Below, piece after piece: positions 49,061 through 58,803 of a DNA stretch of 64,000 bases. The DNA is from Fidelibacterota bacterium. Lineage in GTDB: Bacteria; Fidelibacterota; Fidelibacteria; Fidelibacterales; DSDE01. The DNA lies in NCBI GenBank assembly GCA_046735395.1, contig JBJKQR010000008.1:52124-116123 (forward strand). The letters run 5' to 3'. The translations under genes and the position numbers were made by a program. Under the pieces are notes generated by a model. That model made no database searches. It was not told where the DNA came from and worked only from the letters and a program-made list of their open reading frames with translations. Position 1 is the stretch's first letter. Every line of letters starts with the position of its first letter.

Positions 49061-49234
49061 TCAGAAATTAACCAATCCATGGTATAACAAGAGCACCAGA
49101 AAAAACAATCCGGTGAGAGTTGTGACACGAAGAATGGTCGCCATGCGGATGGAAGAATGTCCGAATCCTTTGTCCGGCGGATAATTGGAGGCATGTGTCG
49201 CTTTGATCAGGGCTGAAATTTTTGCTTCTTTCAT
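49061..49234 (-). CDS. small (57 aa) protein with a C-terminal TM segment
   Basis: SD AGGAG upstream of the ATG; hydrophobic tail LTGLFFLVLLLYHGLVNF. Confidence 0.5.
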   Translation of the reverse strand: MKEAKISALIKATHASNYPPDKGFGHSSIRMATILRVTTLTGLFFLVLLLYHGLVNF

Positions 49235-49371
49235 TTTTTTACTCCTGCCTGTCCGGGGCTGTCCGGACCGTCTGTGAACGCAGGACATTCTGCCGCGGCT
49301 CGTTTCCCGGGGCGCGGCAGAGCATTCCGAATTCGTCTGTGATCAGTTTAACCAAATTTCTGCAGCGGTCC

Positions 49372-49387
49372 GGTGACTGGAGTCACA
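49372..49387. promoter_or_regulatory. Crp/Fnr-family (ArcR-like) box
   Basis: GGTGA-ctggag-TCACA, one mismatch to TGTGA-N6-TCACA, upstream of arcA. Confidence 0.45.
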
Positions 49388-49476
49388 TGACCAAACAGGT
49401 CGCATTCAATGTGTGACCGCCATCTACTGGGATACGGTTGGAAATTTGCTTATATTCCGGCCGAAAAGGAGGAATT

Positions 49477-50730
49477 ATGCAGGCGACAGAAGGGATCCAC
49501 ATTGTATCGGAGACGGGGAAACTCCGTCGGGTTATTCTTCATACCCCGGGTCCGGAAGTTGAGAATATGACCCCGGAGACAGCCGAACGAGCGCTGTATT
49601 CCGATATTCTGAATCTTCCCATCGTTCACCGGGAATATGGCCAGTTCAAACAGATTCTGAATCGATACACGGAAATTCTGGAGGTTCGGGATCTGCTGTC
49701 GGTGACCCTGGATAATCCGGAAGCCCGGGCGGCATTGATAGAGAAAATCTGCCGAAATGAGAATACGGATTTTCTGAGGGAAGAGCTGATGGCCATGGAT
49801 TCTCCTCATCTGGCAACCAGCCTCATCGAAGGTGTCGGACTGAAAGCGGACAATCTTACCCGTTTTCTGTCCGGAGAACGATATGCCCTGCGTCCGCTGC
49901 ATAATTTCTTTTTTACGCGTGACGCGTCCATGTCCGTCCGCAGCCGGGTGATTATCGGACAGATGGCCAGTATGGTCCGGGAGCGGGAAGCGCTGATCAT
50001 GGAAACGATCTTTCGGTACCATCCGCAGTTTGGTGTGGATATTTTTAATCCGGGCGCACTGATCAGCGGCAAGCGCGATTTTTCCATCGAGGGAGGTGAC
50101 ATCCTGGTGGCCCGGGATGATATTCTGCTGATCGGTGTGGGTGCCCGCACCAGCAGCCGCGGTGTGGATTATATTCTGGACTGTATGAAACGGCAGGGAG
50201 ATACACGGCATGTGATTGTTCAGGAATTGCCCGAAAGTCCCGAATCCTTTATTCATCTGGATATGTGCTTCAGTTTTGCAGATACGGATCTCGCGGTCGT
50301 TTACGATCCACTGATCATGAAGCCCAACCGCTATCAGACGGTACATATTCACATCGAGAACGGGGCTGTTTCCCGTATTTCCGCTGTGGAAAATATTCCC
50401 GCAATTCTGAAGGAGCTGGGTATGCCTCTGCGCACATTACCCGTAGGCGGAAGCCGCGATCTCTGGATACAGGAACGGGAGCAATGGCACAGCGGCGCAA
50501 ATTTCTTTGCTCTGGCTCCCGGCCGGGTTATCGGATATGAACGGAATCAATATACAATAGAAGAACTGCATAAGGCGGGGCTGGAACCCCTGCGGGCAAA
50601 TGATATCCTGAGCGGAAAGGTTGATCCGGACCGTTATGAAAAATTTGTCATTACCATTGAGGGTTCGGAACTGGCCCGGGGCGGCGGCGGGTGCCGCTGT
50701 ATGACCATGCCCGTTTACCGGGAGGATTGA
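49477..50730 (+). CDS. arcA: arginine deiminase
   Basis: SETGKL, FTRD, IEGGD, FIHLD, ELARGGGGCRCMT; SD AAGGAGG. Confidence 0.93.
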   Translation: MQATEGIHIVSETGKLRRVILHTPGPEVENMTPETAERALYSDILNLPIVHREYGQFKQILNRYTEILEVRDLLSVTLDNPEARAALIEKICRNENTDFLREELMAMDSPHLATSLIEGVGLKADNLTRFLSGERYALRPLHNFFFTRDASMSVRSRVIIGQMASMVREREALIMETIFRYHPQFGVDIFNPGALISGKRDFSIEGGDILVARDDILLIGVGARTSSRGVDYILDCMKRQGDTRHVIVQELPESPESFIHLDMCFSFADTDLAVVYDPLIMKPNRYQTVHIHIENGAVSRISAVENIPAILKELGMPLRTLPVGGSRDLWIQEREQWHSGANFFALAPGRVIGYERNQYTIEELHKAGLEPLRANDILSGKVDPDRYEKFVITIEGSELARGGGGCRCMTMPVYRED

Positions 50731-50738
50731 TCCATACC

Positions 50739-51335
50739 CTATCTGCGGTGACGGCCTTCCAGAACCCGGACTACATCAGACAGCGATAAATCCTGAGAAG
50801 CGAGCAGCACGAGAAGGTGATAGATCAGATCTGCGCTTTCTTCCGTGAAACGTTCCCGGTTTCCTGTGACAGCATCAATGATGGTTTCGGCTGCTTCCTC
50901 TCCCACTTTCTGGGCGATTTTATTCACACCCCTGCGAAACAGGGATGCCGTATAGGATGTGTCCGAATCCGCTGATTTGCGAGACCGGATGACTGCTTCA
51001 AGTTCAGCCAGGAATTCATATTCTTTCTGATTCGTTTCGTTGAAACAGGTGTCGGCGCCGGTATGGCAGACGGGCCCGGCCGGCCGGACTTTTACCAGCA
51101 GCGTGTCATTATCGCAGTCACCGATGATTTCATCCACATAGAGAAAATTTCCGCTCTCCTCGCCCTTCACCCAGAGGCGCTGCCGGCTGCGGCTGTAAAA
51201 ACAGACGCGTTTTTCCGTTTCGGTTTTTCGGAGCGACTCCTCATTCATATAGCCGAGCATGAGCACCTTTCCGGTATTGCTGTCCTGAATTATAGCCGGG
51301 ACCAGGCCGTTTCCTTTGTCAAAATCTACTGTCAC
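50739..51335 (-). CDS. hisIE: bifunctional phosphoribosyl-AMP cyclohydrolase / phosphoribosyl-ATP pyrophosphatase
   Basis: KGEESGN, DCDNDT, CHTG, KVGEEA. Confidence 0.96.
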   Translation of the reverse strand: MTVDFDKGNGLVPAIIQDSNTGKVLMLGYMNEESLRKTETEKRVCFYSRSRQRLWVKGEESGNFLYVDEIIGDCDNDTLLVKVRPAGPVCHTGADTCFNETNQKEYEFLAELEAVIRSRKSADSDTSYTASLFRRGVNKIAQKVGEEAAETIIDAVTGNRERFTEESADLIYHLLVLLASQDLSLSDVVRVLEGRHRR

Positions 51336-52087
51336 AGTCTTACCTCGATTCCTTTATCTTTCAAATAGTTCTTTAAATCCGGGATGGCCACTTCTCCGAA
51401 ATGGAAAATGCTGGCCGCAAGCGCCGCATCCGCCTTCCCTTCCCGGAAAACGTCCAGAAAGTGCGAGGGCTGTCCCGCGCCGCCGGACGCAATAACGGGC
51501 ACAGCACAGCGCTCCGAAACGTTGCGTGTCAGGTCCAGGGCAAAGCCGTTCTTTGTTCCGTCATGGTCCATGGACGTGAGGAGGATTTCGCCGGCGCCCC
51601 GGGACACGGCTTCGTCGATCCAGGTAAGGCAGTCTTTTCCCGTATCCTGCCTGCCGCCATGGGTGACAACCGTCCAGATGCGGCCATTGAAGCGGGCGTC
51701 CACAGCCAGGACGACACACTGCGACCCGAAGCGGGAAGCGAGGCGGTCGATGAGCCCGGGTTTTGCCACGGCGGCGCTGTTGACGGTGACTTTATCGGCA
51801 CCCGCATCCAGCAGACGGGCCACATCTTCATCACTGCGTATTCCGCCGCCGACGGTAAAGGGTATATTGATTCCGGCCGCAATCCGCTGTACCAGCTGAG
51901 CAAAGGTGCTCCGTTCCTCAACCGTTGCCGATATATCCAGAAATGTCAGTTCGTCGGCGCCCATTTCCGCATACCGTTTTCCCAGAACGACCGGATCGCC
52001 GGCCTCCCGGAGTTCCACAAAACGAACGCCCTTCACGGTCTGCCCGTCCTTTACATCCAGACAGGGGATGATGCGCTTACCTAACAT
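51332..52087 (-). CDS. hisF: imidazole glycerol phosphate synthase cyclase subunit
   Basis: [25 protein letters not shown]. Confidence 0.97.
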   Translation of the reverse strand: MLGKRIIPCLDVKDGQTVKGVRFVELREAGDPVVLGKRYAEMGADELTFLDISATVEERSTFAQLVQRIAAGINIPFTVGGGIRSDEDVARLLDAGADKVTVNSAAVAKPGLIDRLASRFGSQCVVLAVDARFNGRIWTVVTHGGRQDTGKDCLTWIDEAVSRGAGEILLTSMDHDGTKNGFALDLTRNVSERCAVPVIASGGAGQPSHFLDVFREGKADAALAASIFHFGEVAIPDLKNYLKDKGIEVRL

Positions 52088-52802
52088 TTTCCCGCACCTC
52101 CTTTTCACTGATCCGTCCTTCAAGGATGGCTTTGCCGACGATGACTTCTGTAACACCGATTTTTTCGAGGGCCTGAATATCCGCCATGGAGGACACGCCG
52201 CCGCTGGCGATGAGTGTCATGGGCAGAGACCAGGATAAAATTTCCTGATAGAGATCCAGCGCCGGACCCTTGAGCAGCCCGTCTCGGCCGGTATCCGTAC
52301 AGATGGTTTCGTCGATCCCGTCATGCTTCCAGGATTCGAGAAAGGGTTTCAGAGCAAGGCTGGATTCTTCCAGCCAGCCCTGTATGGCGATGGCGGAATT
52401 TTTTACATCTGCTCCGAGGATAATGCGCCGACCACCGAATTCCTGAATCCAGGACAGGACTTCATTCCGATTTCTGACCGCCATGGATCCGGCAGTAAGG
52501 GCGGCGGCTCCCGCATTGAAAACGGCCATCACATCCTCCCGGCTGCGGATTCCCCCGCCCGTATCGATCATCAGGCTGCTTCGGGATGCAATCTTTTCCA
52601 GAATCCGTGTGTTCACGATGCGGCCTTCCCGCGCGCCATCCAGATCCACGAGATGAAGCCGTTTCACGCCCCAGTCCTGGAAGCGGAGTGCCAGCTCCAG
52701 CGGATCTTCCGAATATTCCGTCTTCCGGGAATAATCGCCTTCGCTGAGCCGCACGCATTTTCCGCCGATAATATCAATGGCAGGGATAATTTCAATTCCC
52801 AT
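52077..52802 (-). CDS. hisA: ProFAR isomerase
   Basis: [21 protein letters not shown]. Confidence 0.96.
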   Translation of the reverse strand: MGIEIIPAIDIIGGKCVRLSEGDYSRKTEYSEDPLELALRFQDWGVKRLHLVDLDGAREGRIVNTRILEKIASRSSLMIDTGGGIRSREDVMAVFNAGAAALTAGSMAVRNRNEVLSWIQEFGGRRIILGADVKNSAIAIQGWLEESSLALKPFLESWKHDGIDETICTDTGRDGLLKGPALDLYQEILSWSLPMTLIASGGVSSMADIQALEKIGVTEVIVGKAILEGRISEKEVRENVR

Positions 52803-53376
52803 GTATAAAATTCCTCAATAGTTGTTCTCCGGCCGGGCCGCTTTTTTCCGGATGGAATTGCACGGCTGTAAAATTGTTATTTCGCAGGGCGGCCGAGAAA
52901 GGTAAAATGTACTCACATTGTGCCGTGGTATTTTCGCATAATTCCGCATAATAGCTGTGAACAAAATAAAACATACTATTCTGCGGAAGGCCATCGAGAA
53001 GCGGCTCAGACCTGTCGGACACCTGATTCCATCCCATATGCGGAACTTTGTCCTTCGGCGGGAATCTGAGAACCTTCGCGGGAAAGATACCCAGTCCTTC
53101 TGTCCCGTTTTCTTCGCTCTCCCGGCAGAGCAGCTGGAGGCCGAGGCAGATTCCCAGGAAGGGCTGCTGCAGCGCAGGTATTACCTGATCAAGTCCCCGG
53201 GCTCTCAAGTCTGTCATGGCGGAAGCCGCCTCACCCACACCAGGGAATATGACGCGATCGGCTCTGTGGATCACATCCGGATCATCGCTGACGACAGCCT
53301 CGATATCAAGACGCCGCAGAGCACTGATTACGGAAAAAATATTTCCCGCGCGATAACGGATGATAACCACCTTCAT
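52792..53376 (-). CDS. hisH: imidazole glycerol phosphate synthase glutaminase subunit
   Basis: FPGVG, GICLG, QFHPEKS. Confidence 0.96.
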   Translation of the reverse strand: MKVVIIRYRAGNIFSVISALRRLDIEAVVSDDPDVIHRADRVIFPGVGEAASAMTDLRARGLDQVIPALQQPFLGICLGLQLLCRESEENGTEGLGIFPAKVLRFPPKDKVPHMGWNQVSDRSEPLLDGLPQNSMFYFVHSYYAELCENTTAQCEYILPFSAALRNNNFTAVQFHPEKSGPAGEQLLRNFIHGN

Positions 53377-54458
53377 AACAGGCCTTTTGTGCTGGGCAGC
53401 TGACTGCCGCTGCGCTGAACCGCCATGGCCAGGCTTTTTGCGAAGGCTTTGAAGATCCCTTCGATTTTATGGTGTTCATTTTCGCCCTCGGCCTGGATAT
53501 GGAGTGTACAGCCGGCGGTGTCACAGAAGGATTTGAAGAAATGAGAAAATAGCTCCGTGGGCAGATCCCCGATCTTTTCCCGTTTGAATTCCGCCTTCCA
53601 GACGAGAACGGGACGTCCGCTGAAATCAAGGGCCACCGTGGCGAGACACTCATCCATGGGCAGAACAAAGCCGTAGCGGGCCAGGCCCTTTTTGCTGCCC
53701 AGCGCATCCCGGAATGCAGTTCCGAGAGTCAGTGCCGTATCCTCCACGCTGTGATGTTCATCCACATACAGATCCCCGTGACAGTTTATGTCCAGATCCA
53801 TTTTCCCATGCCGGGAAATCTGTTCGAGAAGGTGATCAAAAAAGCCGATTCCGGTATTAATATTTGAAACGCCGGTTCCGTCCAAATCCAGCCGCAGGGA
53901 AATATCGGTTTCGGCCGTTCTCCGTTCGATTTCTGCACAGCGCGGCCGGTTCATCAGCATATCCTCGATTTCCGGCCATCCGGAAACCCTGAAATCTGCG
54001 TCAAGTTCGGATTCTGTTCCGATATAAATGCTTTTGCAACCAAGGTTTTTAGCGAGTTGGATATCGGATTCACGATCCCCGATAACCCAGCAGTTCCGGA
54101 TATCATAGGGGGCGTTCAGATAGCAGGTCAGCATGCCGGTCCCCGGCTTCCGGCTCCCGGATGGCGCATCGGCCGTACTCCGGTCGATATGGATAGCCGC
54201 AAACTGAATTCCCTCACCTTCCAGTGTGCGCAGCAGCAGATCCTGAAGGGGCTGAAAATCGGATTCGGGGTAAGCGGGGGTGCCGAGCCCGTCCTGATTG
54301 CTGACCATGACCAGTTCAAAATCCGATTCGGTGGCAATTCGTCGCAGAGAGCTGATCATTCCGGGCAGAAAACGAAATTTTTCCAGACTGTCCACCTGTT
54401 CGTCTTCAGGTTCGGCGATGAGAGTGCCGTCACGGTCGATAAACAGACATTTTTTCAT
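53373..54458 (-). CDS. hisB: bifunctional histidinol-phosphatase / imidazoleglycerol-phosphate dehydratase
   Basis: DRDGT HAD domain fused to IGPD motifs DEHHSVED and NEHHKIE. Confidence 0.96.
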   Translation of the reverse strand: MKKCLFIDRDGTLIAEPEDEQVDSLEKFRFLPGMISSLRRIATESDFELVMVSNQDGLGTPAYPESDFQPLQDLLLRTLEGEGIQFAAIHIDRSTADAPSGSRKPGTGMLTCYLNAPYDIRNCWVIGDRESDIQLAKNLGCKSIYIGTESELDADFRVSGWPEIEDMLMNRPRCAEIERRTAETDISLRLDLDGTGVSNINTGIGFFDHLLEQISRHGKMDLDINCHGDLYVDEHHSVEDTALTLGTAFRDALGSKKGLARYGFVLPMDECLATVALDFSGRPVLVWKAEFKREKIGDLPTELFSHFFKSFCDTAGCTLHIQAEGENEHHKIEGIFKAFAKSLAMAVQRSGSQLPSTKGLL

Positions 54459-54494
54459 ACTCTTTCCTTCTTCATTATGAGATTATATCCCGGC

Positions 54495-55544
54495 TTAAAA
54501 TCCATCCAGTATATCAAGAAGCGCCTGATTGTCGTATTCGCTGCCGATGGTGATGCGAAGGCAATTTTCACAATGGAGCTGCCGTGAGCGATTGCGGACG
54601 ATGATCTGATTCTGCAGAAGAAATTCATAGAGGGAATCGGCGTCCTCGACCCTGACCAGAAGAAAATTTGCATCGGAGGGAAAAACCATCTGTACGAAAT
54701 CATAGCGCCGTAGCTCCCGGGAAAGTCTGTCCCGTTCGCGGATGAGAAGATCGACCTGACGCGTCATCAGGATTTCATTATTGAGCACATCGAGAGCAAT
54801 CCTCTGTGTAACGCCATTCACATTATAGGGGTATTTGATGCGGTTGAGGACGGAAATGATGTCCGGGCTTGCGAAGGCCATACCGAGACGCAGGGAGGCC
54901 ATGCCCCAGGCTTTTGAGAAGGTGCGCAGGATTACGAGATTCGGATAGGTGTTTAATTCGCTGAGAAAACCGGCATCCCCGGTGAAGTCGATATAGGCTT
55001 CGTCGAGAATGACAAGGCCGCTGAATCTGTTTAGTAATTCAATAATTGAATTTCGGTCTAGCAGGTTTCCGGACGGATTATTGGGTGAGCAGAGGAAAAG
55101 AAGTTTGCTATCCTGAGCGGAGGCCAGAACGGCCGCTGCGTCAATCTGAAACTCCGGAGTGAGGGGGACTTCCCGAACACCCACATTGTTGACATTTGCC
55201 GCGACGGCATACATGCCGTAGGTGGGAGGCATGATGAGAATGGAATCACGGCCGGGTTCGCAGAAGGCGCGAATGAGCAGATCAATGGCTTCATCGCTGC
55301 CATTGCCGAGAAATATGTGCTCTTCGCGGCATTTAAGCAATTCTCCGATACGTTTTTTGACTTCTTTCTGTGCCGGATCGGGATAGCGGTTGTACAGGGC
55401 TGCGCCGGGTGTGCCGAGGGAGTTTTCATTTGCATCCAGAAAAATACCGGTACTGCTGCTGTACTCATCCCGTGCGCTGCTGTAGGGTGATAAATTGCGA
55501 ATATTTTCCCGGAGGATTTCTGCTGCATTGAATGCTTGTTTCAT
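54495..55544 (-). CDS. hisC: histidinol-phosphate aminotransferase
   Basis: LDANEN, GNGSDE, CSPNNP, RTFSKAWG. Confidence 0.96.
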   Translation of the reverse strand: MKQAFNAAEILRENIRNLSPYSSARDEYSSSTGIFLDANENSLGTPGAALYNRYPDPAQKEVKKRIGELLKCREEHIFLGNGSDEAIDLLIRAFCEPGRDSILIMPPTYGMYAVAANVNNVGVREVPLTPEFQIDAAAVLASAQDSKLLFLCSPNNPSGNLLDRNSIIELLNRFSGLVILDEAYIDFTGDAGFLSELNTYPNLVILRTFSKAWGMASLRLGMAFASPDIISVLNRIKYPYNVNGVTQRIALDVLNNEILMTRQVDLLIRERDRLSRELRRYDFVQMVFPSDANFLLVRVEDADSLYEFLLQNQIIVRNRSRQLHCENCLRITIGSEYDNQALLDILDGF

Positions 55545-56851
55545 TTATTTCTCCGTGATTCTCTTTTCTGGGAGATCTTTTCGCGACGAAGCTGCATAGA
55601 GAGGGCGTGCGCCTGCAGTCCTTCTGCGGCAGCCATACTTTCCACGGTGTCCGCGAGGGCCAGAACGCCGCCGTCCGTGAGTTCGAGAAAGGCGATCTTT
55701 TTCATAAAGCTTTCTGTCCCGAGGCCGCTGATACTTTTTGCATAGCCATTTGTGGGAAGTGTGTGATTTCCGCCGCCGGCATAATCTCCGGCGCTTTCGG
55801 GTGTGAGTGTGCCGATGAAGACGGATCCGGCATTCCGGACGCCATCCGCCAGTGTCCGCGCATCCCGGCATTGAAGGATCAGATGTTCGGGTGCATAGTC
55901 ATTGGCGAAATCCCGGGCTTCGTTCAGGTCCCGGCAAAGGACGAGCGCGGAATTTTCAAGAGCCTTTTTCGCAATGTCCCGTCGTGGCAGGCGTTTGAGG
56001 ATGAGGTCCACATTTACCTGCGTTTCCTTCAGGACCATTTCCGAATCGGTGAAGAGAATGGCCTGGCTGTCGGGGCCATGTTCGGCCTGTGCGAGGAGAT
56101 CGGCCGCCACAAGTTCCGGGTCGGCGCTGTCATCGGCAATCACGGCTACCTCCGACGGCCCGGCGGGCATATCAATGGAAACGCCCTTTCCGGCAGCAAT
56201 CTGTTTGGCGAGGGTTACCCACTGATTACCGGGGCCGAAAATTTTATGGACAGCCGGAACGCTTTTTGTTCCCCATGTCATGGCAGCAATAGCCTGCGCT
56301 CCACCCAGTGCGTAGATATCCGTGATTCCGCATATTTTTGCCGCAAACAGGATGGCGGGATGGATTTTGCCCTCGGAATTCGGGGGTGTGCAGAGAATGC
56401 GGACCGGGCATCCGGCAACCCGGCTGGGAACGCCGAGCATGAGAACGGTGGAAAAAAGCGGCGACGTACCGCCCGGGACGTAGAGGCCGACTTTGTCGAC
56501 GGGCTGCCAGCGCTGACGGTATTCCACGCCTTCACGGATTTGAACCGACAGTCCGGAGGGACGCTGTGGTTCATGGCCGATAAGCAGATTGTCATAGGCC
56601 TGATGGATGGCTTTGCGGAGCTCTATGGGGATCTGTCTCTCCGCTTCATCAATAATCCAGGCATCGATTTTAAGTTTCTCCGGGCGTACGCCATCAAATT
56701 TTTCGCTGTAATCCAGACAGGCGGCATCCCCCTTCTGCCGTACGTCTTCCATGATGGAGCGGATAGCCGCCTCTCGTTCGGCGCTGTCATCCAGGGACCG
56801 GCGCAGCGAATCTCTTAATGTTTCTCCATCGGGATAGCGCAGTATTTTCAT
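55541..56851 (-). CDS. hisD: histidinol dehydrogenase
   Basis: GLYVPGG, IDMPAGPSE, QAEHG, APEHL. Confidence 0.97.
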   Translation of the reverse strand: MKILRYPDGETLRDSLRRSLDDSAEREAAIRSIMEDVRQKGDAACLDYSEKFDGVRPEKLKIDAWIIDEAERQIPIELRKAIHQAYDNLLIGHEPQRPSGLSVQIREGVEYRQRWQPVDKVGLYVPGGTSPLFSTVLMLGVPSRVAGCPVRILCTPPNSEGKIHPAILFAAKICGITDIYALGGAQAIAAMTWGTKSVPAVHKIFGPGNQWVTLAKQIAAGKGVSIDMPAGPSEVAVIADDSADPELVAADLLAQAEHGPDSQAILFTDSEMVLKETQVNVDLILKRLPRRDIAKKALENSALVLCRDLNEARDFANDYAPEHLILQCRDARTLADGVRNAGSVFIGTLTPESAGDYAGGGNHTLPTNGYAKSISGLGTESFMKKIAFLELTDGGVLALADTVESMAAAEGLQAHALSMQLRREKISQKRESRRNK

Positions 56852-56862
56852 GCTCAATTCCT

Positions 56863-57735
56863 TCAGCCTATCATTTTTTCAATGGGTATCACCAGAATCC
56901 CTTCGGCGCCGGCCGCCCGGAGCGCATCGATATTTTCCCAGAAATCATCCTCCCGGATAACGGAATGGAGGGACGACCAGCCGTCCTGTTTCAGAGGCAT
57001 GACGGTGGGGCTTTTCATGCCGGGCAGAATGTCCGTGATCGCGTCAACGGCCGAATTCGGGCAGTTCAGCAGGATGTACTTGTGATTCTTGCTTTTATTG
57101 ACGGCCTGGATGCGGAAGAGCAGCCGTTCCATTATCGTCCGTTTTTCGCTGCTGAGATTGGGGGACGCCATCAGGACGGCTTCAGATTCCAGGATGGTTT
57201 CCACTTCCTTCAGGCCGTTTCCGGCAAGCGTGGATCCGGTACTGACAATATCAAAGATGCCGTCGGAAATGCCGACGGACGGCGTAATTTCCACCGAACC
57301 ATGAATCTTGTGTATGGAGGCATCAACCTGTTTTGACTTGAAATAATTTGAAAGAATGCCGGGATAGGAGGTGGCAATTTTCAGCCCCTGCAGATCCTGA
57401 GGGCCGGAATAGGAGAAAGACCGGGGAAAGGCCAGGCTCATCCGGCAGCGGCCGAATCCCAGTTTTTCCATGAGATCAAGCGGAAGCTGGCGTTCCAGGA
57501 AAATATTCTCACCGGCGATTCCGGCATCGGCGGTTCCGTCCGCGATGCAATCCGGAATATCATCATCCCGGAGAAAGAGTATCTGCAGCGGAAAATTCAG
57601 GGCCATGCTCCGTAGCGTGCTTTTGTGTCCGTTGCCGAAACTGATGCCGCTTTCCTTCAGCAGTTCCATGGTTTTGTCGGCCAGCCGTCCCGACTTCTGT
57701 ACGGCCAGTGTAAGTGTTGTGTCCTGATTTTGCAT
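56863..57735 (-). CDS. hisG: ATP phosphoribosyltransferase (long form)
   Basis: QKSGRL, RDDDIP, IATSYP, GSVE; C-terminal regulatory domain. Confidence 0.97.
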   Translation of the reverse strand: MQNQDTTLTLAVQKSGRLADKTMELLKESGISFGNGHKSTLRSMALNFPLQILFLRDDDIPDCIADGTADAGIAGENIFLERQLPLDLMEKLGFGRCRMSLAFPRSFSYSGPQDLQGLKIATSYPGILSNYFKSKQVDASIHKIHGSVEITPSVGISDGIFDIVSTGSTLAGNGLKEVETILESEAVLMASPNLSSEKRTIMERLLFRIQAVNKSKNHKYILLNCPNSAVDAITDILPGMKSPTVMPLKQDGWSSLHSVIREDDFWENIDALRAAGAEGILVIPIEKMIG

Positions 57736-57749
57736 TTTTTTTTCCTTTC

Positions 57750-57780
57750 AAAAAAAAACCCGGTCAGAAGGCCGGGTTTT
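57750..57780 (-). terminator. his attenuator terminator
   Basis: minus strand AAAACCCGG-ccttctga-CCGGG followed by a T9 run. Confidence 0.85.
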
Positions 57781-57805
57781 AAGAATTATATGTTGTGTTC
57801 TGTTC

Positions 57806-57856
57806 CTAAAAACCCGGTCGATAAAAATGATGATGGTGGTGTCTGATGCTTTTCAT
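57806..57856 (-). CDS. hisL: his operon leader peptide MKSIRHHHHHFYRPGF
   Basis: 16 codons with 5 consecutive His codons, upstream of the terminator and hisG. Confidence 0.9.
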   Translation of the reverse strand: MKSIRHHHHHFYRPGF

Positions 57857-58025
57857 AGAATCAATTTACGGCAGCTTTCGAATATATCCAACAGGAAATA
57901 TTCAGATATTTCCCCGGAAATTCGAAATGAAGGGGGCTGGCAGCTGTGGATTTAGAAGCCTTTGTTTCTGACGCCAGTTTCCGTATTTTTCCTGAAATGC
58001 GCGGAACAGAAAAGGGACAGAAAAC

Positions 58026-58760
58026 ATGAAAACGGTATTTATTGTGGGTGTGACATCCGGGATCGGCCTGGCCGTGGCAGAGGAGTATCTGAAACGGGGC
58101 GACCGGGTCGGTGGATTCGGCAGAAATACGGATATGCTTAAGAAGCTGGAAACCGACTGGCCGGGCGCTTTTTATGGGGAAGGACTGGATATCCGGGACT
58201 CGGGCGAGATTGATGCGGCGCTGGAACGGCAGCGGGAGAAAACGGGAATTCCGGATCTGCTTCTCATGTCCTCCAGCATCAGTGTACACAACCGGGATCT
58301 GGATCTGGAACCGGAGGAGGATCTGATTCATACGAATGTGCGCGGATACACGGCGGTTCTGCTCTGGGCTGTGCGTCTCTTTCGGAATGTGGGCCACGGC
58401 CATGTCGCCGGTATCACCTCCATCGCCCAGTTCATTTCCTCGAAGAGTCCCGGTTACAGCGCGTCTAAAAGCTGGGAAGCCAAATATCTCGACGGCCTGC
58501 GCATCAAGACTGCCGGGGAGAATATTATTATCAGCGAAATTATTCCGGGATTTGTCCGGACTCCGCTGATCAGCGACCGGCAGTCCCTGTTCTGGGTCGT
58601 GCCGGTGGAAAAGGCGGCCCGGCAGATCGTGAAAGGCCTGGACCGGAAACGGACGACCCTGTTCATCTCGCGGCGCTGGCGTTTCGTGAAATGGTTCATT
58701 GCCATTGTTCCGGCGTCTCTTATCCGAAAAATTATGAGTATAAAGGATAATCGGGTGTAA
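58026..58760 (+). CDS. short-chain dehydrogenase/reductase
   Basis: GVTSGIG, YSASK, PGFVRT. Confidence 0.9.
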   Translation: MKTVFIVGVTSGIGLAVAEEYLKRGDRVGGFGRNTDMLKKLETDWPGAFYGEGLDIRDSGEIDAALERQREKTGIPDLLLMSSSISVHNRDLDLEPEEDLIHTNVRGYTAVLLWAVRLFRNVGHGHVAGITSIAQFISSKSPGYSASKSWEAKYLDGLRIKTAGENIIISEIIPGFVRTPLISDRQSLFWVVPVEKAARQIVKGLDRKRTTLFISRRWRFVKWFIAIVPASLIRKIMSIKDNRV

Positions 58761-58803
58761 ATCCCGATGTCGTTTCTGAACAGATATTCAGATAAATGAA
58801 ATA

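Noticed and set aside
55607..56818. 403-aa plus-strand ORF
   Set aside because: Antisense shadow of hisD
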